A stretch of 64,000 nt of DNA from Candidatus Woesearchaeota archaeon (GTDB lineage Archaea; Nanobdellota; Nanobdellia; Woesearchaeales; JAGVZT01), in contig JBDRLT010000040.1 of NCBI GenBank assembly GCA_043812815.1, forward strand, positions 35,724 through 99,723, read 5' to 3'. Numbering within the stretch: position 1 is the stretch's first letter; each line of letters begins with the position of its first letter. The notes under the pieces were generated by a model that saw nothing but the letters and a program-made list of their open reading frames with translations, made no database searches and was not told where the DNA came from. The position numbers and the translations under genes were made by a program. Below are positions 45,002 to 54,496 of this stretch, one piece after another.

Positions 45002-47173
45002 TCACTCTTCTATTTTGAGGCCTTTTCTCTCCCTGATCTGCTTTACTACCTTTTGCTGCAGCTCGTCAGGCAGTTTCTCAAAGCTTTGATCCACAAGATA
45101 GTAGTTGCCTCTTCCTGAGGTTGCTGATCTAAGTTCAGAAGCCAGTCCAAACATCTCTGCAACAGGCAGCTTTGCTTTTATTGAGACTCTCTGTTCATCT
45201 TGGTTCATTTCAAGCAGCTGACCTCTCTTGCTTGAGATGAGTTTGGTAATATCGCCCATGTTTTCAGAGGGTGCATCAAATTGCAGGACCTGCCTCGGCT
45301 CCAAGATGAGCGGCCGGGAATTCATCATTGCACCACGGATACCTTCTCTGACTGCTGGCCAGAGTTGTGCCGGGCCTCTGTGGATGGTGTCCTCATGCAG
45401 TTTACAGTCGGTTAGCAAAACCTTGATGTTTACGCATGGTTCCCGCGTAATAGGGCCAGCCCCCATAACATCTTCAAACATATCCATTACCATTTCTATG
45501 ATCTCACCAATGTGCACGATTCCCCTGGTTTCATCAATTAGGATGTTGCCCTTGTAAACATCCTTCACTTTTCTTGCGATTTTTGAATCATAGCCAAGTT
45601 CGATGAACTTTTTCTCTATTTTCTCGTCTCTCTTTTTGATCCTGCCTTCTGCAATCTCTCCATTTTTGAATGCGTTGCGCACATTCTCTTCCATCGGCTC
45701 AACTAAAAAATACAGTTTGTTGTGCTTGTTTGGGGATTTGCCTTCAAAGTCGCCTAAGGTCCTAGTGGTGATTGTTTCTCTGTAAACAACAATTGGCGGA
45801 GATGTTTTTACCTGTAATCCCTTCTCGGTTATTATCCTGTTTTCAATGATTTCAAGATGGAGCTCGCCCATGCCATGGATCAGATTTTCTCCTGTTTCCT
45901 GGTTGATCTCAACCTGGATGCTCGGATCTTCCTTCTGGACTGTCTGGAGAATCTCGACCAGTCTGGGGAGATCACTTGTTTTCATTGCTTCAATTGACTT
46001 TGTTACTACCGGCTCAAATAGGTGCTTGAGCGATTCAAAAGGAGTCATATCTGCTGAATCTGTGACTGTTTCTCCTGCTGATATTCCTTTCATGCCCACT
46101 ATCCCGATAATATTACCTGACGGAACTCTTTCGACTTGCTCACGTTTCGGTCCGTTATATACGGAGACTTGCTGAAGACGGTATGTTCTATCCAACGCGA
46201 TCATAGTGAGATCCTGGCCATTGACAATTGTTCCGGAGAAAAGCCTCCCTGCAGCAACTTCTCCAGCGTATTTGTCCATCACGATTTTTGTGCATACAAA
46301 TGCCACTGGCCCATTAGGGTTGCAGCTGAGGAGTGATTTACCTGCTTCTGACTCAATATCCCCTCTCCACACTTTTTCAATTCGGTAACTCTGGGCTGTC
46401 TTTGGATTGGGATGGTGTTTGACCACCATATCAAGAACTACAAGATGTAGGGGTGCTTTTTCAGCGAGCTCTTTGTATGTCTCCTTTTCATATGCCTCGA
46501 TAACATCTTTGAATGAGAGACCTTTTCTCTTCATATAAATTGCAGAGAGTGCCCAGTTGTGAATGGCTGAGCCAAAGCCAACACTCCCTTCGTTGACATT
46601 GACCTTCCATTTCTCTTTGTATTGTGGTTCTGCAAAAGCCTCAATAAGCTTATTAACATTGGTTATTATTTTGACAAACCTGTTCTGCATTGCCTCGGGA
46701 GTGAGCTTGATCTCTTTTATCAAACGATCAACTTTGTTGATAAAGAGGATCGGCCTGACTCTCTCACGCATGCATTGCCTGATCACTGTTTCGGTTTGGG
46801 GCATAACACCCTCAACTGCGTCAACAAGCAGAATGGCTCCGTCAACTGCCCTCATTGCCCTGGTGACTTCGCCGCTGAAGTCAATGTGGCCTGGAGTGTC
46901 TAACAAATTGATAAGATACTCTTTCCCCTCGAGGGTGTGCACCATTGAGACTGCTCCTGTGTCGATAGTGATACCTCTTTCGTGCTCATCTTCATGGAAA
47001 TCCAGCACACGCAGCTGGCCTGCCAGCTCTTTGCTAATCATGCCTGCTCCTGAGAAGAGGTTGTCTGAGAATGTGGTTTTGCCATGATCAATATGGGCAA
47101 CTGTGCCAATATTCCTGATATTCTCTACCTGAGTCATCAGGCGTGTAATTTTTTCAATCATTTTTTCTGCCAT
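45002..47173 (-). CDS. fusA: Translation elongation factor 2 (aEF-2)
   Basis: G1 'AHIDHGKTT', G3 'DTPGHIDF', G4 'NKVDR'. Diphthamide-site 'HEDTIHRGPAQ'. Start placed at 'MAEKMIEK' (the longer ORF extends into the dcd gene). Confidence 0.9.
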   Translation of the reverse strand: MAEKMIEKITRLMTQVENIRNIGTVAHIDHGKTTFSDNLFSGAGMISKELAGQLRVLDFHEDEHERGITIDTGAVSMVHTLEGKEYLINLLDTPGHIDFSGEVTRAMRAVDGAILLVDAVEGVMPQTETVIRQCMRERVRPILFINKVDRLIKEIKLTPEAMQNRFVKIITNVNKLIEAFAEPQYKEKWKVNVNEGSVGFGSAIHNWALSAIYMKRKGLSFKDVIEAYEKETYKELAEKAPLHLVVLDMVVKHHPNPKTAQSYRIEKVWRGDIESEAGKSLLSCNPNGPVAFVCTKIVMDKYAGEVAAGRLFSGTIVNGQDLTMIALDRTYRLQQVSVYNGPKREQVERVPSGNIIGIVGMKGISAGETVTDSADMTPFESLKHLFEPVVTKSIEAMKTSDLPRLVEILQTVQKEDPSIQVEINQETGENLIHGMGELHLEIIENRIITEKGLQVKTSPPIVVYRETITTRTLGDFEGKSPNKHNKLYFLVEPMEENVRNAFKNGEIAEGRIKKRDEKIEKKFIELGYDSKIARKVKDVYKGNILIDETRGIVHIGEIIEMVMDMFEDVMGAGPITREPCVNIKVLLTDCKLHEDTIHRGPAQLWPAVREGIRGAMMNSRPLILEPRQVLQFDAPSENMGDITKLISSKRGQLLEMNQDEQRVSIKAKLPVAEMFGLASELRSATSGRGNYYLVDQSFEKLPDELQQKVVKQIRERKGLKIEE

Positions 47174-47181
47174 GTTATCAC

Positions 47182-47727
47182 CTAAATTTGTTTTTCTTTG
47201 TGTCCATCTGTTGAGACACGGCCACCTTGCCATTGTCCTCTGTAGGCTGAATGAATCTCTCCTTCCACTTTATGGAAAAAGATATTGATATAGCGTGCCC
47301 CAAGTTCGATTGTCATGGGACAGTTGGAAACATTGTGCAAAAGAGGGTGCAGTTGTCCTGAATAGCCCGGATCAATAACACCTGCTCTAAGTACAACTCC
47401 TGACCTGAAGAGGGTTGAGCGTGGTTTGATAATCCCAAACATGGTGAACGGAAGATTGATCTTCTCAATGCTTTCTGTGAGGAGATATTCCCCTGGGTTG
47501 AGTATTACACTCTTTTTTTGCTTGGGATCATAGGCGGCGATCAGTTTGGTTTGCGGTGTTTTGCGTTCTGTTTCACCTAGGAAACTCTCTCCTTTAAGCT
47601 TAAAGACCTTACCAATCCTGAGGTCAAAGCCTGTGCCTTCAGGATTCTGGAGTTCGCGCTCGCACAGATTCTCGATTAGGTTTTGCTCTTTGACCAATCT
47701 TAGCAGCTCCTTTGTCCCGATTACCAT
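47182..47727 (-). CDS. dcd: dCTP deaminase (dUTPase superfamily)
   Basis: 181 aa. 'RAGVIDPGYSGQL' dUTPase-fold motif and Dcd-like N-terminus. Confidence 0.75.
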   Translation of the reverse strand: MVIGTKELLRLVKEQNLIENLCERELQNPEGTGFDLRIGKVFKLKGESFLGETERKTPQTKLIAAYDPKQKKSVILNPGEYLLTESIEKINLPFTMFGIIKPRSTLFRSGVVLRAGVIDPGYSGQLHPLLHNVSNCPMTIELGARYINIFFHKVEGEIHSAYRGQWQGGRVSTDGHKEKQI

Positions 47728-47728
47728 G

Positions 47729-48361
47729 TCATTTGTGCTTTTGGATGTAGTTTATGATCGGTTTGATAACTGTTTCAACCTGTTCAATTGGCAGACTCTC
47801 TGACCTAATAAGCATTTTCTTGGCTTCATAGAAATCAACCAGTGGAAGCACTTCTTTTTCATAGGTTTCGAGTCTTTTCTTGACAACATCCAGGTGCTGG
47901 TCTGCTCTTTGATACAGCTCACCGCCACACTTATCGCATTTGCCTTCCACTTTGGGAGGGATGTTCTTAATGTTGAATATTGCGCCGCATTGCTTGCAGG
48001 TGAGTCTGTTTGACATTCTGTCCATTAGTACATCCATGCTTGCATAGAAATAAAAAACCTGCTGGATGGGGATTCTGCCCTGCACAGCTTTGGCCTGCGT
48101 AAGATTGCCTGGGAAATTGTCTAGTATTACATTCTTCAAGACCTTGAGTTTCTTTTCAAATAAGGGGATAATAATCGGGTCTGGCACATATTGACCTTTG
48201 TTAATATATGAGGCCACCTGCTCACCAATTTTTCCACCATTTGCCACTGCCTCTCTGCACACATCTCCTGATGAGACATGGGTAAATCCATTCCTTTCAC
48301 CAATAATGTCTGAATATGTCCCTTTGCCTGCTCCAGGAGGCCCTAAGAAAAGCAATATCAT
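47729..48361 (-). CDS. adk: Adenylate kinase (long form with Zn-binding lid)
   Basis: P-loop 'LGPPGAGKGT'. Lid 'CKQCGAIFN...CDKCGGELYQRADQ' (C4). Start at internal Met 'MILLFLG'. Confidence 0.85.
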   Translation of the reverse strand: MILLFLGPPGAGKGTYSDIIGERNGFTHVSSGDVCREAVANGGKIGEQVASYINKGQYVPDPIIIPLFEKKLKVLKNVILDNFPGNLTQAKAVQGRIPIQQVFYFYASMDVLMDRMSNRLTCKQCGAIFNIKNIPPKVEGKCDKCGGELYQRADQHLDVVKKRLETYEKEVLPLVDFYEAKKMLIRSESLPIEQVETVIKPIINYIQKHK

Positions 48362-48924
48362 TAGTGCATCACACTCCACTCATGCAGTTTATATTCATAT
48401 ATGTCGGTTTTTGTGAACCATATTTTCTGCTCATTGTCAGCCTCGTCTTTGTTACCTGATGCGTGGACTATGTTCCGAATTGGTCTCTCTTTAAGATCTG
48501 CAAGCTCGTATGACTCTGTGCTGTAGTCTCCTCTTATTGTGCCTATCTCAGCTTGGCGCGCCTCTGCATGGCCAACAATTTTTCTGCCTATTTCAATTGC
48601 ATGATGCCCTTCTAATAGTATGGCAACGATTGGGCCTTCACACAGGTATTCTATCAGCCATTCCTGGACACGCTCAGCTATCTGCCTGTCTGTCTCTTTG
48701 ATCTCGAGGCCTTTCTCCTTAGCAGCCTTCCTTGTGTTCTTTGCGAGTTTCTCAATCCATGCCTCAGTGAGTCTGTACTGGTTCTTTGCATGCTCCTTAG
48801 TGGGATGCACCAATTTCATAGCGGCGATTTTCAATCCTTTTTGCTCAAACCGCCTAATAATTTCACCAACCAGGCCACGCTGGACACCATCGTGCTTAAC
48901 AAGGATTACTGTTCTTTCCATCAT
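48361..48924 (-). CDS. ndk: Nucleoside diphosphate kinase
   Basis: '[31 protein letters not shown]' and '[16 protein letters not shown]' (active-site His region). Contains a ~30-aa insertion relative to short NDKs. Confidence 0.85.
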   Translation of the reverse strand: MMERTVILVKHDGVQRGLVGEIIRRFEQKGLKIAAMKLVHPTKEHAKNQYRLTEAWIEKLAKNTRKAAKEKGLEIKETDRQIAERVQEWLIEYLCEGPIVAILLEGHHAIEIGRKIVGHAEARQAEIGTIRGDYSTESYELADLKERPIRNIVHASGNKDEADNEQKIWFTKTDIYEYKLHEWSVMH

Positions 48925-49106
48925 TTGGCACCTGCTTTTTCCTTCCTAAACTCCTGAGTCCATTTCACAAGTCTAGGTTTTCTCCCAAGCTTGAGGGTGT
49001 TCTTCTCACATTTGCGTGAGCAGAAATACAGGAGCTTGCCTGAAGTTCTGACAAAGATTTTGCCTGTTCCCCTTTCAATTGTGGTTCCACAAAAGCTACA
49101 TTTCAT
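48921..49106 (-). CDS. rpl24e: Ribosomal protein L24e
   Basis: '[33 protein letters not shown]' TRASH-type zinc motif typical of L24e. Confidence 0.8.
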   Translation of the reverse strand: MKCSFCGTTIERGTGKIFVRTSGKLLYFCSRKCEKNTLKLGRKPRLVKWTQEFRKEKAGAK

Positions 49107-49114
49107 CCTGACAC

Positions 49115-49393
49115 CTACCTTCGTGATTGCGTGAATTTGCCAGCTTCTATCTCAGTTTCTCTCAGCATAAGGATATCCCCTAGCCTGACTGGGCCTTTCA
49201 CATTTCTTCTTAGAATTTTGTTGGCATCCCTGCCTGAGAGGATCTTACATCGCACTTGGGTTACCTCTCCTCTTGTGCCGGCCCTGCCAATTACCTCTTC
49301 GACTCGGGCTGGCCAGGCTTCACTGAACTCAATAGTGCCCTTTTTGGATGTAGCCTCATCCTTCTCTTTTGTACGCATCTTTTTGAATGCCAT
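49115..49393 (-). CDS. rps28e: Ribosomal protein S28e
   Basis: '[52 protein letters not shown]' matches the S28e core. Confidence 0.85.
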   Translation of the reverse strand: MAFKKMRTKEKDEATSKKGTIEFSEAWPARVEEVIGRAGTRGEVTQVRCKILSGRDANKILRRNVKGPVRLGDILMLRETEIEAGKFTQSRR

Positions 49394-49394
49394 T

Positions 49395-49724
49395 TTATTC
49401 CTTCTGAGATGCTATTATCTCTTTAATGAGTTTTGCTGCTTCGCCCTCTTGCACCACTGCAACTGCTGATGTTGCCACGTGGATACCGGCTGCTGCACCC
49501 AGCTCCTCTTTACTAGCCACTTCGACAAATGGTATATTCTTTTCCTTTGCTAATAAGGGGAGATGCATAACTACCTCTGGGGGTTGGATGTCTTTAGCCA
49601 CCACAACCAGCTTTGCTACTTGTCTTTCAATGGCCTTGGTTACTTCATTTGTTCCTTTTTTTATCTTGCCAGTTGCTTTAGCAATCTCTATTGCTTCCAA
49701 TGCCTTTTCTGAGATTTCAACCAT
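49395..49724 (-). CDS. rpl7ae: Ribosomal protein L7Ae (K-turn binding)
   Basis: '[57 protein letters not shown]' is canonical L7Ae. It is first in the conserved L7Ae-S28e-L24e-ndk operon. Confidence 0.9.
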   Translation of the reverse strand: MVEISEKALEAIEIAKATGKIKKGTNEVTKAIERQVAKLVVVAKDIQPPEVVMHLPLLAKEKNIPFVEVASKEELGAAAGIHVATSAVAVVQEGEAAKLIKEIIASQKE

Positions 49725-49732
49725 TTTATTGC

Positions 49733-49739
49733 CTCCTTT
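49733..49739 (-). promoter_or_regulatory. Shine-Dalgarno (AAGGAGG) for the L7Ae-S28e-L24e-ndk operon
   Basis: The minus-strand sequence reads 'AAGGAGGCAATAAAATGG', with the Shine-Dalgarno 8 nt upstream of the L7Ae ATG. Confidence 0.4.
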
Positions 49740-49845
49740 GAGTTTTGTGTGAGGTAAGAAATATCATACCTCATTCCAGCCATCGGCTGTCATCAGTCAT
49801 AGGTAAGGAAAAGGGAAGGATAAGTGCTTTATAAAGGTTTTGGTG

Positions 49846-51369
49846 CTATCCAAAGATGCGCTTAAAGAAGCTGACAAGGCCATCAACAAACGCTTTGAGG
49901 ATGTTAGGTTTCTGCTGCGGTGGTTCAGCTGGTGTCGTGACAGTGGTGTTCGGAACTTGCTTGGCCACAGGGATTTCTTGAGGCGTGGCAGTTGGTTGAA
50001 TGTGCTTCTTGACTGTTAGGGAGGCTGTTGCTTTGGATTCAAGGAATTGATAGTACTGCGTACGGTATTTGCAGTTAAAGTCGATTTGGAATTTTGTGTC
50101 CTTGTCTGCAGATGGTGCCCTGAAGAGAATCTGGCTGAATTTGTAGGTTTTTTCAGGGTTGATCGCCGGAACTTCAAAAGCGAGTTTGCCAAAAAGTCCA
50201 CTTGTGAGGGTGCAGCTTACATTGAAAAAGGGGTTGTCTTTGTCTTGGTTGGTGATAGATGGCCGCACAGAGTAAGACTGATTGTATGATAGACTTGTTG
50301 CGTTGAGCTCAACAGCTGGATTGACTTTGCCTATTTTGATTTCAAGTGCGTCCTTAAGCGTTAGCACATGCCTGAGGTATGCGTCCTGGTACTCATTGTA
50401 TGAATTACTTGCGGTTTCTGTGGTAAGGTTATACTTGCCAGAATTGGCGATTCTAAAACTGAAGGAAAATGTTTTGATTTCATTTTGCATAACAGAACCG
50501 CTCCAGGTGATGAGGTTACCTGTTTTTTCAAGAGGAGATTGAGCTGATACCACTGTTAAGGCTTTGGGAATAAGGATTTTGATCTGATCCACTACTGCCT
50601 CGCGGCTGCCTGTGTTTTCAATGGTCAGTTGATATGTGATTTTGTCTCCCAGTTTGGGAGCTGCTGGTGAAATCTTGGTTGTGGATTTGAGGGGGTTTGG
50701 TGGACTCACAACCTTGATTTTCAGCTCGTTGGATTTTTTCGAGGTCACCTGTGATTCATATTCATAACCTAGCTGAGCTTGAATGGTTGTGTTTATTGGC
50801 TTGACCAGTTTAATAGTATATGTGAAAGTTGAAATGTCTGTAATGCTGGGTTTTTCCCACACAACTGAGTTTAATTTTTTGGTGACAGTGGTGTCAACAA
50901 GTTCGAATTGTGGTGGCAGCAAGCTCGCATATACCACTTGGTGTATTCTATTCTGCCCTTTGTTTTCAACGGTCACTGTTATTTTTGCAGTCTCACCCAG
51001 TTGCATCTGTGTTTTGTCCGCTGCAATAGTGAGTGTTACCTGGGGCGTCAGTGGTGCGATTGTCAGGTGTATCTCAGGGATGCTTGTTTCTGTCTCAACA
51101 ATGTGGATGCCCTGATGAGCGCTGAGGTTGAAACGGCTTTCTGGATAACAGATCCTGTAGTAGGGTGAGGCTTCGCATTCGGTTTTGCCTATCATATAAA
51201 AGTGAGAATCCTGGTCAACTGTGAGAATATCCCAGCGCTGATTTACTTTTGTAATGAAGGTCTGCCCGTCAAAGCTGATATTGGTGCCGGCAAGAATCCA
51301 CTTGTCATAATTCTCAGCCTGCACAGCTGCGATCATAATTACTGTGAGCATAATGATTATGGGGCGCAT
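49846..51369 (-). CDS. Secreted/surface beta-rich protein (DUF11-like repeats), hypothetical
   Basis: Signal peptide 'MRPIIIMLTVIMIAAVQA'. Ser/Thr-rich beta-strand repeats. C-terminal 'TPAEPPQQKP' linker and a short hydrophobic tail. Confidence 0.5.
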   Translation of the reverse strand: MRPIIIMLTVIMIAAVQAENYDKWILAGTNISFDGQTFITKVNQRWDILTVDQDSHFYMIGKTECEASPYYRICYPESRFNLSAHQGIHIVETETSIPEIHLTIAPLTPQVTLTIAADKTQMQLGETAKITVTVENKGQNRIHQVVYASLLPPQFELVDTTVTKKLNSVVWEKPSITDISTFTYTIKLVKPINTTIQAQLGYEYESQVTSKKSNELKIKVVSPPNPLKSTTKISPAAPKLGDKITYQLTIENTGSREAVVDQIKILIPKALTVVSAQSPLEKTGNLITWSGSVMQNEIKTFSFSFRIANSGKYNLTTETASNSYNEYQDAYLRHVLTLKDALEIKIGKVNPAVELNATSLSYNQSYSVRPSITNQDKDNPFFNVSCTLTSGLFGKLAFEVPAINPEKTYKFSQILFRAPSADKDTKFQIDFNCKYRTQYYQFLESKATASLTVKKHIQPTATPQEIPVAKQVPNTTVTTPAEPPQQKPNILKAFVDGLVSFFKRIFG

Positions 51370-51394
51370 GCAAGAAATTGGAGAGAGGGGCTAT

Positions 51395-51919
51395 TTAAAC
51401 CTTTTGAGAATACTTTGCCTTTAGCTTTTCATACTCATTGAAATGCTTTGAGTGCTGGAAACGGTGTCTGTCTACGACACTCATATTCTTTTGCATGGAT
51501 TCAATAATTAGGATTAGTTGCTTGGCGTCTTGTTCTGTTTTGGGTTTGTAGAGGAAGACTTTTTTTATTTGCGGCTCTGGTTCTATAAATTCTGGCTCTG
51601 GATTTTTGAACAGGATGTTTTTTATAGAGTCCAAATAACTTTTTGGTTCGGGAGGCGTCTCTGCTGGAAGCTCGTCAGAGAATTCTGTTTCGAACTGCTC
51701 TTCCTGGATCTCTGCTTTGGTTGCAAAGAGGGCATCATAAATTTTCTGGAACAACCCTCTCCTTTGAGTGTCTGTTTTTTTGAGCTCCTCAACTTCCATT
51801 GCCTCGGCTTTGCGTCGGGTTTTGGGGAGTTTAAAACTGAAGTTGAAGGGTGTTCTGCGTTTTTGTTTGATATAATCATCCATTGAGCTGTTGAATAGCT
51901 TTTGTTTCTGGCTTACCAT
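51395..51919 (-). CDS. Hypothetical acidic/basic protein
   Basis: 174-aa ORF, no motif. The C-terminal 'VFLYKPKTEQDAKQLILII' only weakly resembles SepF. Confidence 0.4.
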   Translation of the reverse strand: MVSQKQKLFNSSMDDYIKQKRRTPFNFSFKLPKTRRKAEAMEVEELKKTDTQRRGLFQKIYDALFATKAEIQEEQFETEFSDELPAETPPEPKSYLDSIKNILFKNPEPEFIEPEPQIKKVFLYKPKTEQDAKQLILIIESMQKNMSVVDRHRFQHSKHFNEYEKLKAKYSQKV

Positions 51920-52067
51920 TGGAGATATTAGTTGGTTAATTTATATATAAAGTTATCGGATTTCTGAGCAATTATTCTGTACATTGGAATTTGACTTATT
52001 GCGAACGCCGAGCAGAATTTAATTAGTAGGAGAAAGTTATTTAAATTTGGGGTGCTGCCAAAGTGCT

Positions 52068-52928
52068 ATGGCAGTCAGGAGACCAATTGTAGCTGGCAGT
52101 TTTTATGAAGGTAATACTGAGAGGCTTAAGGCTCAGATAGAGGAGTGTTTTTTGCACAAGAAAGGGCCTGGAGCATTGCCTGTTGATAAAAGAGAGAAGA
52201 GGATTAAGGCTGTGGTGGCACCGCATGCAGGGTATTATTTTTCAGGGCCATGTGCTGCCTGGGGTTATAAGGAAGTGGCTGAGGCTGAGCTGCCTGATTG
52301 CTACATAGTTATTGGACCGAATCACAGTGGAATTGGCAAATCATCGCTTATTCTTGATGAGTGGCAGACACCTTTTGGAGTGGTGAAGCCAGATGCGGAA
52401 TTGGGGAGGGCTTTGATTGCCAAAACTGAGCTGGTAGAGGATAGGAGTGCACATAGCAACGAACATTCCATTGAGGTGCAGCTGCCTTTCTTGCAGTTTG
52501 TGAACAATGGTGTGCTGCAGAAGATGAGGTTTTTGCCTATTTGTCTGCGAGATGACGTGAATATTCACAAACTGGCTTTGGATATTAAGGAGGCGATTGT
52601 GGATTCTGGGAGGGAGGTTGTATATGTTGTGAGTTCTGATATGACGCATTATGGCGCTCAATATGGTTACTTGCCTTTTTCTTCAGATATTCCTAAGAGA
52701 CTGTATGAGCTCGATGCCGGGATGATCCAGAGGATCAAATCCTTGAATCCGCAGGGGATTTTGGATTATACGAGAGAGACAGGAGCTACTGTCTGTGGTG
52801 TTTTGCCTTTGGTGTTGCTCACTTTGCTGCTGAAAACAGAAGGCAAACTGCTGCAATATTATACTTCTGCTGATATACGGGGAGATTACAGGAATGCAGT
52901 GGGATATGCAAGTATTGTGTTTGATTGA
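52068..52928 (+). CDS. MEMO1-family protein (AmmeMemoRadiSam system protein B)
   Basis: 'RRPIVAGSFYEG' N-terminus and 'APHAGYYFSGPCAAW' motif typical of the Memo/UPF0103 family. Start at internal Met 'MAVRRP'. Confidence 0.75.
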   Translation: MAVRRPIVAGSFYEGNTERLKAQIEECFLHKKGPGALPVDKREKRIKAVVAPHAGYYFSGPCAAWGYKEVAEAELPDCYIVIGPNHSGIGKSSLILDEWQTPFGVVKPDAELGRALIAKTELVEDRSAHSNEHSIEVQLPFLQFVNNGVLQKMRFLPICLRDDVNIHKLALDIKEAIVDSGREVVYVVSSDMTHYGAQYGYLPFSSDIPKRLYELDAGMIQRIKSLNPQGILDYTRETGATVCGVLPLVLLTLLLKTEGKLLQYYTSADIRGDYRNAVGYASIVFD

Positions 52929-52970
52929 AAACCTTTAAAAATCAGCAGGGATTAGTGTGTAGCGGGTGAA

Positions 52971-53396
52971 TTGATGACTGATGAACAAGAAGAGGAATTG
53001 AAAGAAAAATATTATGAGTTGCAGATGATTCAGGAGCATTTGAAGCAGCTGCAGCAGCAGGCTGAGGCATTGGATGAGCAGTACAATGAGCTTGGCGGAG
53101 CATTTAGAGCTATTGAAGATATTGAGAAGAGCAAGCCAGGTGAAGAGATTCTGCTGCCTATTAGCTCGGGGATTTTTCTCAAGGCGAGTATTAAGGATAG
53201 CAAGGATTTGCTTGTCAATGTTGGAACCAATGTGTTGGTAAAGAAGGACACTGAAAAAACAAAGGAGATTTTGAAGGATAGGATCAAGACTGTAACTGAA
53301 TACAGAAAAGAGACTGCTTTAAATAGTGAGTCTTTGGGTGCCCGTGCGAAGACTCTTGATAAACAGCTCAAAAAGCTCGTGGCTGAGATGAAGTGA
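52971..53396 (+). CDS. pfdA: Prefoldin alpha subunit
   Basis: 141 aa. Two coiled-coil arms flank the beta-hairpin region 'ILLPISSGIFLKASIKDSKDLLVNVGTNVLVKK'. Conserved archaeal pfdA-ftsY adjacency. Confidence 0.7.
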   Translation: MMTDEQEEELKEKYYELQMIQEHLKQLQQQAEALDEQYNELGGAFRAIEDIEKSKPGEEILLPISSGIFLKASIKDSKDLLVNVGTNVLVKKDTEKTKEILKDRIKTVTEYRKETALNSESLGARAKTLDKQLKKLVAEMK

Positions 53397-53397
53397 T

Positions 53398-54495
53398 ATG
53401 TTCAATTTCTTAAAGGACAAACTGAAGTCGGCGATTGAGAGTATTTCCAAGAAAGCTGACAGGATGGCTGAGGAAGGGAAAAAGCCTGAGGCCCAGCTAG
53501 ATAAAAAGATTAAGACTATACCGGAAAAACCCATTGTAGAAAAGATTGAAAAGCCAGCCGGGCAACCAGCAAAACCTGTTGAGCCTGCTAAAGCGAAGCC
53601 TTCTGAAAAACCAGCGGATGCCAAGCCGAGCTTTTTTGAAAGGTTAAAGGAAAGTGTGACTAAAAAAAAGCTTTCGGAGAAACAGTTCGATGAGCTTTTC
53701 TTAGAGATGGAACATGTTCTGCTTGAAAACAGTGTGGCGTTGGAAGTTGTGGAAAAGATTAAGGATGATCTGAAGACTAATCTTGTTGACAGGCCTCTTG
53801 ACAGGGATGTTGGAAGTGTGGTTAGGAAGAGCCTAAGAGAATCACTTGAAGAGATTTTTAATGCTGAGAAAATTGGCTTACTGGACAATATCAGGGAGAA
53901 GAAACCATATGTGATTTGTTTTGTTGGGGTGAATGGTTCTGGGAAAACAACCACTATTGCTAAGATTGCATATTTATTGAAGCAGCATAAGCTTACCTCA
54001 GTTATTGCTGCGTCAGACACATTCAGGGCAGCTGCTATTCAGCAGCTGGAGGAGCATGCTAAAAAACTGAGTGTAAGGATGATCAAGCATGATTATGGTG
54101 CTGATGCTTCTGCTGTGGCTTTTGATGCCATAAAGCACGCACAGGCTCATGGGATTGACGCTGTGCTTATTGACACAGCTGGCAGGCTGCATTCAAATGT
54201 TAATCTGATGGATGAGATGAAGAAGCTAAAACGGGTGGCAAAGCCTGACATGATTATTTTTGTTGGCGAGAGCATTACTGGGAATGATTGTGTGGAGCAG
54301 GCACGCAAGTTTGATGAGGCGGTTGGAATTGACGCAATTATTCTGACAAAGGCTGATGTTGATGAGAAGGGCGGCGCTGCGATTTCTATTAGCTATGTTA
54401 CCAAGAAACCGATAATTTATTTGGCAAATGGCCAGGGTTATGCTAACCTAGGTGAGTTTGATGCTGAGAAGATTATTGCTCAGATTGGGTTGTAG
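53398..54495 (+). CDS. ftsY: Signal recognition particle receptor FtsY
   Basis: NG domain: 'GVNGSGKTTTIAKIA' (G1), 'DTAGR' (G3), 'TKAD' (G4), 'DTFRAAAIQQL'. Charged A-domain at the N-terminus. Confidence 0.9.
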   Translation: MFNFLKDKLKSAIESISKKADRMAEEGKKPEAQLDKKIKTIPEKPIVEKIEKPAGQPAKPVEPAKAKPSEKPADAKPSFFERLKESVTKKKLSEKQFDELFLEMEHVLLENSVALEVVEKIKDDLKTNLVDRPLDRDVGSVVRKSLRESLEEIFNAEKIGLLDNIREKKPYVICFVGVNGSGKTTTIAKIAYLLKQHKLTSVIAASDTFRAAAIQQLEEHAKKLSVRMIKHDYGADASAVAFDAIKHAQAHGIDAVLIDTAGRLHSNVNLMDEMKKLKRVAKPDMIIFVGESITGNDCVEQARKFDEAVGIDAIILTKADVDEKGGAAISISYVTKKPIIYLANGQGYANLGEFDAEKIIAQIGL

Positions 54496-54496
54496 C

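Noticed and set aside
51395-51919. SepF (FtsZ anchor) assignment for the 174-aa protein
   Set aside because: The resemblance is limited to a 'VFLYKPKTEQDAKQLILII' stretch. The remaining C-terminal region is too short to contain a full SepF/DUF552 domain.
53319-54020. 233-aa Ser-rich minus-strand ORF
   Set aside because: It is antisense to prefoldin/ftsY. It is a low-complexity Ser/Phe-rich shadow of a Lys/Glu-rich coding strand.
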